Shown here: positions 51,365-61,336 of the stretch, piece after piece
Layout: every line of letters begins with the position of its first letter
How positions within the stretch are numbered: position 1 is the stretch's first letter
Assembly: GCA_902521315.1 (NCBI GenBank)
Contig: CABYRH010000004.1
Span: 32,249 to 96,248 of the forward strand
Origin: an uncultured Alphaproteobacteria bacterium
Lineage (GTDB): Bacteria > Pseudomonadota > Alphaproteobacteria > HIMB59 > GCA-002718135
DNA length: 64,000 bases
Direction of reading: 5' to 3'
Program-made: the position numbers and the translations under genes
The notes under the pieces: generated by a model
What the model was told of the DNA's origin: nothing
Databases searched by the model: none
The model's input: the letters and a program-made list of their open reading frames with translations, nothing else

Positions 51365-51799
51365 ACTAGAAACCTATCCGTTTGGAATTCTCTAAGACCA
51401 TTCTCTGTTGGATTTGACTCAATTTTTGATGAATTTGATAGAATGTTGGAGTCTACGGAAAGATACAATACAAATTATCCACCTTACAATATTCATAGAG
51501 TTGATGAGCATAACTATAAAATTGAAGTTGCTCTCGCTGGATATAGTAAAGAAGATATTGAGATTGAATTAAAAGAAAACAACCTAACTGTTAGAAATAA
51601 ACCTAAAGAAAAAGTGGTTAATGAAAATGGTAATGGTGTAATCCATAAAGGAATCTCAACAAGACAGTTTGAAAGATCGTTCACAATTTCAGAAGACATC
51701 AAAGTTAAAGATGCTGAATTGAAAAATGGACTTTTAGCGATTGATTTGGAGAGAATTATTCCAGAAGAAAAAAAAGCTAGACTTATTTCAATAAAATAG
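51362..51799 (+). CDS. ibpA: Small heat-shock protein (Hsp20/IbpA family)
   Basis: 'PPYNIHRVDEHNYKIEVALAGYSKEDIEIELKENNLTV...GISTRQFERSF...AELKNGLLAIDL'. ATG 51362 follows AAGGAG and is preferred over the GTG at 51320 in the ORF track. Confidence 0.9.
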   Translation: MTRNLSVWNSLRPFSVGFDSIFDEFDRMLESTERYNTNYPPYNIHRVDEHNYKIEVALAGYSKEDIEIELKENNLTVRNKPKEKVVNENGNGVIHKGISTRQFERSFTISEDIKVKDAELKNGLLAIDLERIIPEEKKARLISIK

Positions 51800-51807
51800 T
51801 TTTGATA

Positions 51808-51834
51808 GGGGCCCAAAGTGGCCCCAACATTTTT
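51808..51834 (+). terminator. Rho-independent terminator after ibpA
   Basis: GGGGCC (51808-13) / GGCCCC (51820-25), 6-nt loop, T-run at 51830-34. Confidence 0.65.
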
Positions 51835-51955
51835 AACTTTAAATTTAGAATAAATCTAATTTTATGAATTTTAACAACACTGATATTAAAAAAAAATTCA
51901 TATAGATCTACATTCGTATTCTGATAATTTTTAATAAGATTCTTAATCATAGAAC

Positions 51956-51978
51956 GTGGAGATATTTATTATCTCCAC
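51956..51978. promoter_or_regulatory. Perfect 9-5-9 inverted repeat immediately upstream of the fbpA SD
   Basis: GTGGAGATA-TTTAT-TATCTCCAC. It ends 8 nt before GAAGG (51987-91) and 17 nt before ATG 51996. Confidence 0.4.
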
Positions 51979-51995
51979 AACAAAAAGAAGGTTAT

Positions 51996-53009
51996 ATGAA
52001 AATTATTTATAGATTACTATTGATACTAATTGCATCTACGATTTCACTAAACTTGTTTGCCAAAGAGGTTAATGTTTATTCTTACAGGCAGCCAATTTTA
52101 ATAGACCCTTTCTTTGAGGAATTTACAAAATTGACTGGCATAAAGGTAAATGTTTTACATGCAAAAAAAGGATTGCTAGAAAGAGTTTTGGCTGAAGGTG
52201 AAGATACACCTGCTGACTTGGTATTAACAGTTGATATAGCAAGGTTAAACCAATTTGTTGAAAAGGATATTTTGCAACCAATTAACTCAGATATTTTGAA
52301 TATGAATATTCCAAATCATTTAAGAGACAGTAATAATAAATGGTTTGCACTTTCAAAGAGAGCTAGAATTGTTGCAATATCAAAAGAAAGAGTATCTACA
52401 GACTCAATTAAAAGAATAGAAGATTTATCTGATCCAAAATGGAAAGGTAAAATTTGTACAAGACCTGGCAGCCATGACTACAATAGATCACTTTTAGCTT
52501 CAATAATTGCTGCAAATGGAGAAGCTATAGCTGAAGAATGGGCAGCAGGCATCGTTGCAAATTTAGCACGAAAACCTGAAGGTAATGACAGAGCTCAAGC
52601 AAAAGCAATTTATGAAGGTGTTTGTGACATTGCAGTAATGAATACCTATTATTTTGGAAAAATGAAATTTAATGAAAAGAATCCAGAACAAAAAGAATGG
52701 GCTAACTCAATAGAGTTAGTTTTTACTAACCAAGAAGATAGAGGTAATCACATAAATATTGCTGGTGGAGGTGTAATTAAGTACTCTAAAAATAAAGAAA
52801 ACGCGATTGCACTACTTGAATTTTTGACTCAACCAAAAGCCCAAGTCCTCTACAGTTCTATTAACTATGAATATCCGGTTAATCCAGATATGCAATTAAC
52901 TGATGAGTTAAAATCATGGGGTGAATTTAAAGAAGATAAACTGCCTGTTGAAAAACTTGCAGAACTTGCTCCCATAGCTCAGAAAATCATTGATAGAGTA
53001 GGCTGGTAA
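51996..53009 (+). CDS. fbpA: Fe(3+) ABC transporter substrate-binding protein
   Basis: Signal peptide. 'VNVYSYRQPILIDPFFEEFTKLTGIKVNV' and 'DTPADLVLTVD' are typical of FbpA/AfuA/SfuA. Confidence 0.85.
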   Translation: MKIIYRLLLILIASTISLNLFAKEVNVYSYRQPILIDPFFEEFTKLTGIKVNVLHAKKGLLERVLAEGEDTPADLVLTVDIARLNQFVEKDILQPINSDILNMNIPNHLRDSNNKWFALSKRARIVAISKERVSTDSIKRIEDLSDPKWKGKICTRPGSHDYNRSLLASIIAANGEAIAEEWAAGIVANLARKPEGNDRAQAKAIYEGVCDIAVMNTYYFGKMKFNEKNPEQKEWANSIELVFTNQEDRGNHINIAGGGVIKYSKNKENAIALLEFLTQPKAQVLYSSINYEYPVNPDMQLTDELKSWGEFKEDKLPVEKLAELAPIAQKIIDRVGW

Positions 53010-53026
53010 ATTATAGGTTAACTGTT

Positions 53027-54622
53027 TTGATAAATTTTAATTTATGGTCTAATTCAGTGGCGATAATTGCTTTAGTAATTATCGCCCCTATTTTTTCAAT
53101 ATTTTATTACGCGATCTTAGGTGATACATCACTATGGCCACATCTATTTTCTACTGTTTTGCCAAGATATCTTACCAATACAATAATTCTAATGTTTGGT
53201 GTTGGAGGATTAAGTTTAGTCTTTGGTTTGACTACTGCTTGGATAGTGACAAGATATAATTTTTTTGGGAAAAAATTTTTTGAATGGATGTTATTATTAC
53301 CAGCTGCTGTCCCAGCTTATATTATTGCCTATACTTATACCGACTTTTTTGAATATGCTGGTCCTCTTCAATCATTACTGAGAGACATATTTGGTTGGAC
53401 GAGCGCAAAAGATTACTGGTTTCCAAATGTGCGATCAATGGCAGGTGCAATTTTGGTAATGTCTTCTGTATTGTATCCATACGTATACTTAATGACTAGA
53501 GCATCATTTATAACTACACCTATATCTTTTTTTCAAACTAGTTCTATTTACGGAAGGAATTCCTTTTTCAATGTCGCTATTCCATTTGGTCGTCCAGGTA
53601 TAATTGCTGGCTTGGCCTTAGTATTAATGGAAACAATTTCTGATTTTGGGACAGTTGATTATTTTGCAATTGAAACGTTAACCTTAGGAGTATTTAATGT
53701 TTGGTTAGGAATGAATAGTCTATCTGGCGCATCACAGATTTCTAGTATTCTATTTATGATTGTTATAGTACTTTTAACTTTAGAGTATTTGGGAAGACGT
53801 AGCAGAAAATTTCATGAAAAATATAGTGGCGCATCTTATACACCAACCCAAACAGTTTCTGGTGTTAAAAATTCTTTATTGTTTTTGATTTGCCTAATAC
53901 CTTTAAGTCTTGGTTTTATAATACCTGTTTCAATTTTATTGAATTTTGTAATTAAAGGTTATTCTATAATAAATTTTTTTGAAATTTTTCAAATAACACT
54001 ATCAAGTATATCTTTAGCATTTATTTCTTCATCATTCATTATGTTGCTATCCTTATTAATGATTATAGTTGGAGCATATAAATCAAATAATTTCCAAAAA
54101 ATTTTAATATTTTTTGCTTCTTCTGGTTATGCTTTTCCAGGAACAATTCTTGCTGTTGGAATAGTTGTATTTGTTGGGTGGCTTAATGATTTAATTTATT
54201 TTCGTATGAGTTATGCTGTTGGCGGATTTATAATTTTATTATTTGCGTATAGTATAAGATTTTTAGCTGTTGGTAATGGAGCAATTACATCAGGTATTTC
54301 AAGAATTCATCCAAACTTATTAGATGCATCAAGAACAATGGGTGTTAGCTTTTTCAAAAGTATAAGAAAAATTATATTACCCTTGCTGTATACAAATTTA
54401 CTAGTTGGAGGAATATTAGTTTTCGTAGACATCTTAAAAGAACTTCCAATAACACTTTTATTAAGACCATTTAATTTTGAGACACTAGCAACCTATGTTT
54501 ATCAATATGCCTCTGATGAAATGTTGGAGGAGTCAGCATTTGCAGCTCTAATTATAGTTATTGCTGGATTAGGACCGGTAATTTTTCTTAACAGAACAAT
54601 TACTAAATCAATAAAAAACTAA
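53027..54622 (+). CDS. fbpB: Fe(3+) ABC transporter permease (duplicated)
   Basis: 531 aa. Two permease halves, each with an EAA-like loop. TTG start. Confidence 0.85.
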   Translation: MINFNLWSNSVAIIALVIIAPIFSIFYYAILGDTSLWPHLFSTVLPRYLTNTIILMFGVGGLSLVFGLTTAWIVTRYNFFGKKFFEWMLLLPAAVPAYIIAYTYTDFFEYAGPLQSLLRDIFGWTSAKDYWFPNVRSMAGAILVMSSVLYPYVYLMTRASFITTPISFFQTSSIYGRNSFFNVAIPFGRPGIIAGLALVLMETISDFGTVDYFAIETLTLGVFNVWLGMNSLSGASQISSILFMIVIVLLTLEYLGRRSRKFHEKYSGASYTPTQTVSGVKNSLLFLICLIPLSLGFIIPVSILLNFVIKGYSIINFFEIFQITLSSISLAFISSSFIMLLSLLMIIVGAYKSNNFQKILIFFASSGYAFPGTILAVGIVVFVGWLNDLIYFRMSYAVGGFIILLFAYSIRFLAVGNGAITSGISRIHPNLLDASRTMGVSFFKSIRKIILPLLYTNLLVGGILVFVDILKELPITLLLRPFNFETLATYVYQYASDEMLEESAFAALIIVIAGLGPVIFLNRTITKSIKN

Positions 54623-54625
54623 AAC

Positions 54626-55672
54626 TTAATTCTTAAATATATAAGCCTGATCATTATCAATTTCTATCTCGACTGCAGATGATTGTTTTGGATTAAAGTC
54701 AGCAGGCATGTGGCTATGAACATGAACAACTTCATTATTATTATCTAACACAGATAAATGGATAAAACTAAATGACCCCATTAATTTTGACGCCATAACG
54801 GTTCCCTTAATTCCATTAACTGGTGTTGGTTGTTTGTTGAGTTTTATACCTTGAGGTCTTATGTGTACTACAACTTTCTCACCTTCTAAATTTCCAGGGG
54901 TTTTAATTTTCCCAACCGGTGTGTAAATGTGAGATTCTTTAACAACACCTTCAAATTTATTTGTTTCACCAAAAAAACCTGTAACATATGAATTTTTTGG
55001 ATTGTTATAGAGATCATTCGGAGTTCCTGACTGTACAATCGAACCTGATTTATCAAAAATATTTATATGATTTGAGATAAACATTGCTTCAAAAGGATCA
55101 TGAGTGACTATAATTACCGACACATTTGATTTTTGTAATAGATGCAGCGTATCATCCCTCACTTCTTCTCGAAGGCTTAAATCTAAACTTGAAAAAGGCT
55201 CATCTAATAAAAGTAAATCGGGTTGTGAAATTATAGATCGTGCAAGTGCAACTCTTTGTTGTTCACCACCACTTAACTCGTGTGGGTATTTATCTAGTGA
55301 ATTAGGTAATTTTATCAATTCAATAATTTCATCAACATTATTAGTTGAATTTTTAGTGTTAGTTGGAAATCTCAAATTTTCTTTTACTGTCAAATGTGGG
55401 AATAAAGCGTAATCTTGAAATAAAAAACCAATTTTTCTTTTTTCTGTAGGTAAGTGTTTTTCAGTACTACTTACTTCTTCACCATTAATAATAATTTTAC
55501 CTGACTGTACTTTTTCAAGACCTGCTATGAGTTTTAATAAAGTAGTTTTTCCACTACCTGACGGTCCCAAAATACAAGAGATACTATCTTTATTGAGATT
55601 AAAATTAATATTATTTAAAATTTTTTTATTATTAATCGAATGAGTAAGATCTTTGACTTCAACAGCAATCAT
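54626..55672 (-). CDS. fbpC: ABC transporter ATP-binding protein (FbpC/PotA type)
   Basis: Walker A 'GPSGSGKTT', signature 'LSGGEQQRVALAR', Walker B 'LLLDEPFS', and a C-terminal TOBE-like domain. Encoded on the strand opposite to fbpAB. Confidence 0.8.
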   Translation of the reverse strand: MIAVEVKDLTHSINNKKILNNINFNLNKDSISCILGPSGSGKTTLLKLIAGLEKVQSGKIIINGEEVSSTEKHLPTEKRKIGFLFQDYALFPHLTVKENLRFPTNTKNSTNNVDEIIELIKLPNSLDKYPHELSGGEQQRVALARSIISQPDLLLLDEPFSSLDLSLREEVRDDTLHLLQKSNVSVIIVTHDPFEAMFISNHINIFDKSGSIVQSGTPNDLYNNPKNSYVTGFFGETNKFEGVVKESHIYTPVGKIKTPGNLEGEKVVVHIRPQGIKLNKQPTPVNGIKGTVMASKLMGSFSFIHLSVLDNNNEVVHVHSHMPADFNPKQSSAVEIEIDNDQAYIFKN

Positions 55673-55693
55673 AAAATACCTATTACACTAAAA

Positions 55694-56605
55694 TTAAACT
55701 TGGGGAAATTTATCTAAAATTTCACTTTCCCATTCAAGAAACTTTTTTGATCTATTATCAGGACTTGGATGTGATCCCATAAATTCAGGCACCCTCCCTT
55801 CTTGACCCACCATCATTCTTTGCCATAATTTAGCAGGTTCTTTAATATTAAATCCAGCAAGATTCATAAATCCCATGCCTAAGTAATCGGCTTCACTTTC
55901 CATCTTTCTACTAAATGGAAGAAAAATACCATACTTTACAACGGAGTTGTAAACATTACCTCCTACATTTCCTACTCTAAAAGATTTATTAAGAAGTTCT
56001 GCATATTTACTTCGCGATATTCCAATTGTTGCCATTTGCATCATAGATGCTTGAGTTAATTTTTCTACTGTGTGTCTAGCAAATGCATGTGCAATTTCAT
56101 GACCCATAACTGCAGCAATCCCGTCATCATTTTTACAAACAGGAAGTATACCAGTATAGAAAGCAATTTTACCACCAGGCATACACCATGCATTTTTTGT
56201 ATCAGATTCAATTAGAGCAAATTGCCAGTTAAAATTTTCTACAGGATTTTTTTCACGCTTATTAATATAAAATGTATCTAGAGAGGTATAAATTTCCTTT
56301 CCGATTTCTTCAATTTTTTTTGATTCATCTGTGTTATCTAAAAGAATTTTATCTTCTTTAGCTTTTAATAAAAATCTTGAATATGTTTTATCAACTTCTT
56401 GATTAAGAGCTCTTTCATTAGGATAAATCTTTGGAAGCCCTGCTACACCACCACCCATTAAAATTATAGGTAGGTTGCTATCATATAAATTAAGTTGACT
56501 TCGATTTGTTAATGGTACTTGTGTACAAGAAGGTAAAATCAAAGAACCACATAAAGAGCAACTAGCGCCAAAAACAAAGCTTCTTCTGTTTATTCTTGCT
56601 TCCAT
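55694..56605 (-). CDS. M48-family zinc metallopeptidase lipoprotein
   Basis: Lipobox 'LILPSC' and 'HEIAHAFARH' (HExxH). Confidence 0.8.
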   Translation of the reverse strand: MEARINRRSFVFGASCSLCGSLILPSCTQVPLTNRSQLNLYDSNLPIILMGGGVAGLPKIYPNERALNQEVDKTYSRFLLKAKEDKILLDNTDESKKIEEIGKEIYTSLDTFYINKREKNPVENFNWQFALIESDTKNAWCMPGGKIAFYTGILPVCKNDDGIAAVMGHEIAHAFARHTVEKLTQASMMQMATIGISRSKYAELLNKSFRVGNVGGNVYNSVVKYGIFLPFSRKMESEADYLGMGFMNLAGFNIKEPAKLWQRMMVGQEGRVPEFMGSHPSPDNRSKKFLEWESEILDKFPQV

Positions 56606-56633
56606 ACTATTATTATATAGGTATTTTTTTTAT

Positions 56634-57614
56634 ATGAATATTTTTAATTCAGTCAAAAAAGCAGAAATCCATGTTCATTTAGAGGCAACTATAACGCCAA
56701 CTTTATGTAAAAAATTTGCCAAACGAAACAACTATGAAATAGCTGAAGAAATGTTTGGTTCAAAGTACGCATACCAATGGGATGATTTTTATGATTTTAT
56801 AAAAAAATATGACATTGTTACTTCTGTCATACATACACCAGAAGATTATTTTGAATTAACGTATGAATATCTAAAAGATTGTGCAGCTAACAATGTTCTT
56901 TATGTCGAAGCGATGATTTCCTCAACTCATGCTAAAGAAAAAGGCATGACTTACCATTCATTTATTGAAGGAGTCTATGAAGCTTCTAAAAAAGCTGAAG
57001 AGGATTTTGGAATTGTTTCACGTTATATAATGAATGGGATCAGACATTTAGGACCAGAGTCAGTAAAAGGAACTGCGGAGGAAGTTTTAAATAATCCTCA
57101 TCCTTGTTTAGTTGGTTTTGGTTTGGCTGGGGATGAGCTTCATTTTCCTCCAAACTTATTTGTTGAAACATTTGATATGTTAAAAAAAGAAAACTTTCCA
57201 ATTACGGTTCATGCAGGTGAATGGGATGGTCCTGTAAATATAAGGAATGCTATTAACCTTCTGCATCCAACAAGATTAGGCCACGGAGTTCGATCAATAG
57301 AGGATCCTGATTTAGTCAAAGAAATAATTGATAAAGATATTATTCTAGAAACTTGTCCAACAAGTAATATTGCAACTAAAATTTATAAAGATTATATAGA
57401 TCATCCTGTGAAAACATTATTTGATCAAGGGGTAAAAGTAACAGTCAATTCTGATGATCCTCCTTTTTTTAATGCAACGATAAACGGTGAATATAAAGTC
57501 ATGGAAGATTTAGGCTTAAATGAAAAAGAGCTAACTTCACTTACTCATAACGCAATAAAATATTCTTTTTGCGATGATGAAAATAAAAATAAATTATTAG
57601 CTAAATTAAACTAG
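56634..57614 (+). CDS. add: Adenosine deaminase
   Basis: 'EIHVHLEATI', 'TVHAGE', 'RLGHG' and 'VNSDDPPFF'. Confidence 0.9.
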   Translation: MNIFNSVKKAEIHVHLEATITPTLCKKFAKRNNYEIAEEMFGSKYAYQWDDFYDFIKKYDIVTSVIHTPEDYFELTYEYLKDCAANNVLYVEAMISSTHAKEKGMTYHSFIEGVYEASKKAEEDFGIVSRYIMNGIRHLGPESVKGTAEEVLNNPHPCLVGFGLAGDELHFPPNLFVETFDMLKKENFPITVHAGEWDGPVNIRNAINLLHPTRLGHGVRSIEDPDLVKEIIDKDIILETCPTSNIATKIYKDYIDHPVKTLFDQGVKVTVNSDDPPFFNATINGEYKVMEDLGLNEKELTSLTHNAIKYSFCDDENKNKLLAKLN

Positions 57615-58575
57615 ATAATTTTACTAAAGGTCTTGCACCATAATGAGAAATAATTTCTGCGGCAGCAATTGATGCATAATTACCGCATTCATCCATTGCT
57701 TTACCTTTAGAATAACCAAATAAAAAACCAGCTGCAAATAAATCTCCAGCTCCAGTTGTATCTACAACTTTTTCTACTTTTTTTGCAGCAATTTCAGTGA
57801 TGTCATTACCAGAAACAATAACTGATCCACTACTTCCTTTAGTAATAGCAGCAATTATATTTAATGATTTTGCATACTCTAGACCTTCTTCAAAACTTTC
57901 TGTTTGTGCCATTGCTTTGATTTCATCTTCGTTAGCAAAAAGAATATCAACATTCTCAGTTATTAATTCTTTAAAAGAATCTCTGTGTCTATCAACACAA
58001 AAAAGATCAGATAAAGTAAATGCAATTTTTTGATTATCAGCTTTGCAAATATCCACCATTTTTTTCATAGCCTTTTTTGCATTCTCATTGTCCCACAAGT
58101 AGCCTTCCAAATATGCAATTTTATGATTTTTAATATCATCCTCTTTTATATCTTCAGGACCTATTAATGTTCCAGCACCAAGAAAAGTACACATTGTTCT
58201 AGTTCCATCTTCTTCAACAAAAATTGTACAACATCCAGTTGAAATATCAGGAGATGTAAATCCCAATGGAAATTTTAGTCCTTCCCGGATCATATCTTTT
58301 TGAAGGTATACTCCAATTTCATCATTTTTAATTTTTCCAATAAAACTTCCATTACCGCCAAAAGAGGTAATACCAAACATGGAGTTACCAAGGGAACCTC
58401 CACCAGCCATCTCTCTGATGGAATAACTTTCATGCAAATTATTTTTTAAATTTTCATCAATAAGATTCATAGAATCTCTATTAATTTCATGTTTTTCAAT
58501 TTCACTTTGATTGGAAGGAATTATGGCATCTACCATAGCATTTCCAATTCCAACTACGTCTAATTTATCACTCAT
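57601..58575 (-). CDS. PfkB-family kinase, probable adenosine kinase
   Basis: 'VVDTTGAGDLFAAGFLFG' (PfkB signature 2) and an N-terminal 'GGSLGNS' GG switch. Confidence 0.8.
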   Translation of the reverse strand: MSDKLDVVGIGNAMVDAIIPSNQSEIEKHEINRDSMNLIDENLKNNLHESYSIREMAGGGSLGNSMFGITSFGGNGSFIGKIKNDEIGVYLQKDMIREGLKFPLGFTSPDISTGCCTIFVEEDGTRTMCTFLGAGTLIGPEDIKEDDIKNHKIAYLEGYLWDNENAKKAMKKMVDICKADNQKIAFTLSDLFCVDRHRDSFKELITENVDILFANEDEIKAMAQTESFEEGLEYAKSLNIIAAITKGSSGSVIVSGNDITEIAAKKVEKVVDTTGAGDLFAAGFLFGYSKGKAMDECGNYASIAAAEIISHYGARPLVKLSSLI

Positions 58576-59456
58576 TTTTGTTTAATAATTATTGGTACTA
58601 ATTGTACTATAATGACTCCAACAAATATTGCAAGGCATCCAAGTATTTTTTGTGTGTCTAAAACTTGATTTAAAAGTATCCAACCTGCTATTGCAGCAAA
58701 GACTGACTCCATTGATAAAATAATAGCAGCAGGAGCAGGATTAGCTTTATGTTGAGCAATAATTTGAAGTGTATATCCAATGCCGGCAGAAAAAATACCC
58801 GTGTATAAAATTTCAAACCACTCAATTTGCATATTGGAGAGCTTTGGTTCCTCCCACATAAAAGCTAGGATCATAGATAAAACAAAAACAATAAAGTACT
58901 GAATACTTCCAAATAAAAAAGGACTGTTTAGTTCTTTCATAAAAATATCGATACAAATAATATGTAAGGCAAAAAACAAAGCTGCAATAAACAATAGTGA
59001 ATCTGATTGTTGAATTTCAACTGATTGATTAGAGGACAAAAGATATGATCCATACAAACAAAGTAAAATGGCAATCCAGATAATCCAGTGTACCTGTTTT
59101 TTAATTATGAATCTTGAAATTATTCCAACAAAGGGAACGTAAAGAGTACTAAGAAAAGCAGCATTTGATATTAATGATTTTTGTAAAGCGTATTGTTGAA
59201 GACCCATACCACCAAAAAGAAAAAAACCTGTAGCTAAACAAAGATAAACTTTTTTTCTATCACTTAATATTTTAACAATATTTTGTTGTTCTAGATAAAT
59301 AGCAAATGGAATTACTGTTAAAAAAGCAAAAAAGAATCTTCCAAAGCTAAAAGTAAAAGGACCTATGGCTCCCATTCCAGTAGTTTGGCTGACAAAAGCT
59401 GTTCCCCATATAAGTGAGGCAATTAACATGAGTATGTTAGCTCTTGTATGACTCAT
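58572..59456 (-). CDS. EamA/DMT-superfamily transporter
   Basis: 294 aa, 10 TM helices, duplicated EamA halves. Confidence 0.8.
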   Translation of the reverse strand: MSHTRANILMLIASLIWGTAFVSQTTGMGAIGPFTFSFGRFFFAFLTVIPFAIYLEQQNIVKILSDRKKVYLCLATGFFLFGGMGLQQYALQKSLISNAAFLSTLYVPFVGIISRFIIKKQVHWIIWIAILLCLYGSYLLSSNQSVEIQQSDSLLFIAALFFALHIICIDIFMKELNSPFLFGSIQYFIVFVLSMILAFMWEEPKLSNMQIEWFEILYTGIFSAGIGYTLQIIAQHKANPAPAAIILSMESVFAAIAGWILLNQVLDTQKILGCLAIFVGVIIVQLVPIIIKQK

Positions 59457-59477
59457 AAAAATATTTGATTACTTATT

Positions 59478-61268
59478 TTATTGTTTATCTTTATTAATCC
59501 ACCAAGACTCAATTACAATTCCGTAAAGTGGAATTTCGTCTGGGTATTCAAAAAAATCCCAATAAGCAATTCTGTCTTTGTTGCTATGATAAAGAGGAAC
59601 TACATAGTGACCCCATAACAATACTCTATCAAGTGCGTGGATCGCCGTTGTTAATTCTTCTCTATTTGTTGCACTAATTAGTTTTTCAATTAATGCATCA
59701 ACTGCTGGATTATTGATACCAGGATAATTTCTGCTTCCATCTTTTTGACCAACTTCTGATCCCCAATAAAATTGTTGCTCATTTCCTGGGCTTAAACTGA
59801 CTCCCCAATATCTTTTAATCATATCAAAATCATAACTTAACAAACGTTCTTGATACTGTGATGAATCAACAGTTCTTACGTCCATTGTAATGCCAAGTTT
59901 TTTTAAATTACTTTGATAGGCTAAGGCAATTTTCTCATCAGATGGACTGACAATCAAGAACTCAAACTTGAATTCTTTTCCATCTTTTACCAGTTTTCCA
60001 TTTTCAACAAACCATCCCTCTTTTTCAAGTATTTCTTTTGCTTTCAATAAATTTTTACGGTCATTACCACTGCCATCCGTAATAGGTGGAGTAAATGTTT
60101 CCGTAAATACCTCTGCTGGAATTTCATCTTTCCATACATTCAACAATTCTAACTCATTTTTTGATGGTAAGCCTGAAGAAGCTAATGGTGAATTATCAAA
60201 ATAACTATCTGTTCTCACATAAGCATTTTGATATATCGTTTTATTAATCCATTCATGATCATAGGCATAACTTAAAGCAAGTCTTACATTTCTATTATTA
60301 AATATGTCACGTCTTGTATTCATCACAAGACCATTCATTCCAACAGGTCTATCGTTATTCATTTCTGTCAATATTACTTCACCATTCTGGACAGCTTTGA
60401 AATCATATTCTGATAACCAACGTTTAACATTGTACTCTCTTCTAAAGTCGTATTCACCAACCTTAAAAGCTTCAACTAAGACATTTGAGTCTTTGTAATA
60501 ATCATAAATAATTGTATCAAAATTATAGAGACCTTTATTTACCGGTAAATCTTTTGCCCAATAATTTTCAACGCGTTTGTATTTTATTTGACGTCCTGGA
60601 TCGAGACTATCAACTTGGTATGGACCACTGCCCAGAGGAATATCTAAAAATGTTTTTGTAACATCAAGATCTTCATAAAACTTTTTTGGAATGATCGGAA
60701 GAAAGCCTGCAATAATAAGAGGTAATTCTTTATCTTCATTATTTTCAAAAATCATTTTTATTCCATCATTTCCAATCAATTCAGTTTTAATAACTTTGCC
60801 ATAAGTTTTTTTCTGATTTGGAGTACCTTTTGTTTGAAACGTTTCTAGACTAAACAATACATCATCGCGTGTTATTGGTGAGCCATCATGAAAGGTTGCA
60901 TTTGCATTTAAATAAAAAGTTATAGATGATCTATCTTCAGGCAATTCTACTTTTTCAGCTATTAAACCATAGAGAGAGAATGCTTCATCCCATACTCTTC
61001 TCATTAACGTATCATTAACATACCCAAGTCCAGCAGCTTTAGAACCTTTAAATGCTACTCTATTAAGATTATCAAAAGAACCATATGATCCAAATTTTAC
61101 CGTTCCACCTTTAGGTGCATTTGGGTTTACATAATCTAGATTTTCAAAATCACCGGTATACTTTGGTGTTCCATGCATTGCAATACCGTGAACTTTTTCA
61201 CTATACGCATGTTTGTTAAGTGCAATTATTGAAGTTAAAATGGCAAATGCGATTAGAAATTTTTTCAT
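59478..61268 (-). CDS. Family-5 ABC substrate-binding protein (YejA-like), orphan
   Basis: 596 aa. Signal peptide and 'HGIAMHGTPKYTGDFENLDYVNPNAPKGGT'. No permease or ATPase genes lie adjacent. Confidence 0.8.
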   Translation of the reverse strand: MKKFLIAFAILTSIIALNKHAYSEKVHGIAMHGTPKYTGDFENLDYVNPNAPKGGTVKFGSYGSFDNLNRVAFKGSKAAGLGYVNDTLMRRVWDEAFSLYGLIAEKVELPEDRSSITFYLNANATFHDGSPITRDDVLFSLETFQTKGTPNQKKTYGKVIKTELIGNDGIKMIFENNEDKELPLIIAGFLPIIPKKFYEDLDVTKTFLDIPLGSGPYQVDSLDPGRQIKYKRVENYWAKDLPVNKGLYNFDTIIYDYYKDSNVLVEAFKVGEYDFRREYNVKRWLSEYDFKAVQNGEVILTEMNNDRPVGMNGLVMNTRRDIFNNRNVRLALSYAYDHEWINKTIYQNAYVRTDSYFDNSPLASSGLPSKNELELLNVWKDEIPAEVFTETFTPPITDGSGNDRKNLLKAKEILEKEGWFVENGKLVKDGKEFKFEFLIVSPSDEKIALAYQSNLKKLGITMDVRTVDSSQYQERLLSYDFDMIKRYWGVSLSPGNEQQFYWGSEVGQKDGSRNYPGINNPAVDALIEKLISATNREELTTAIHALDRVLLWGHYVVPLYHSNKDRIAYWDFFEYPDEIPLYGIVIESWWINKDKQ

Positions 61269-61336
61269 AGATATATCCTATCAAAAAAAAGACAGATTTG
61301 TAATGAAATATAAATTTAAAAAATTATATAAATAGA

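Noticed and set aside
51922-51949. Fur box upstream of fbpA
   Set aside because: Only isolated half-site-like heptamers are present (TGATAAT, TTAATCA), 14 nt apart. My best alignment to the 19-bp consensus GATAATGATAATCATTATC is about 11/19, which is not distinguishable from background in AT-rich DNA.
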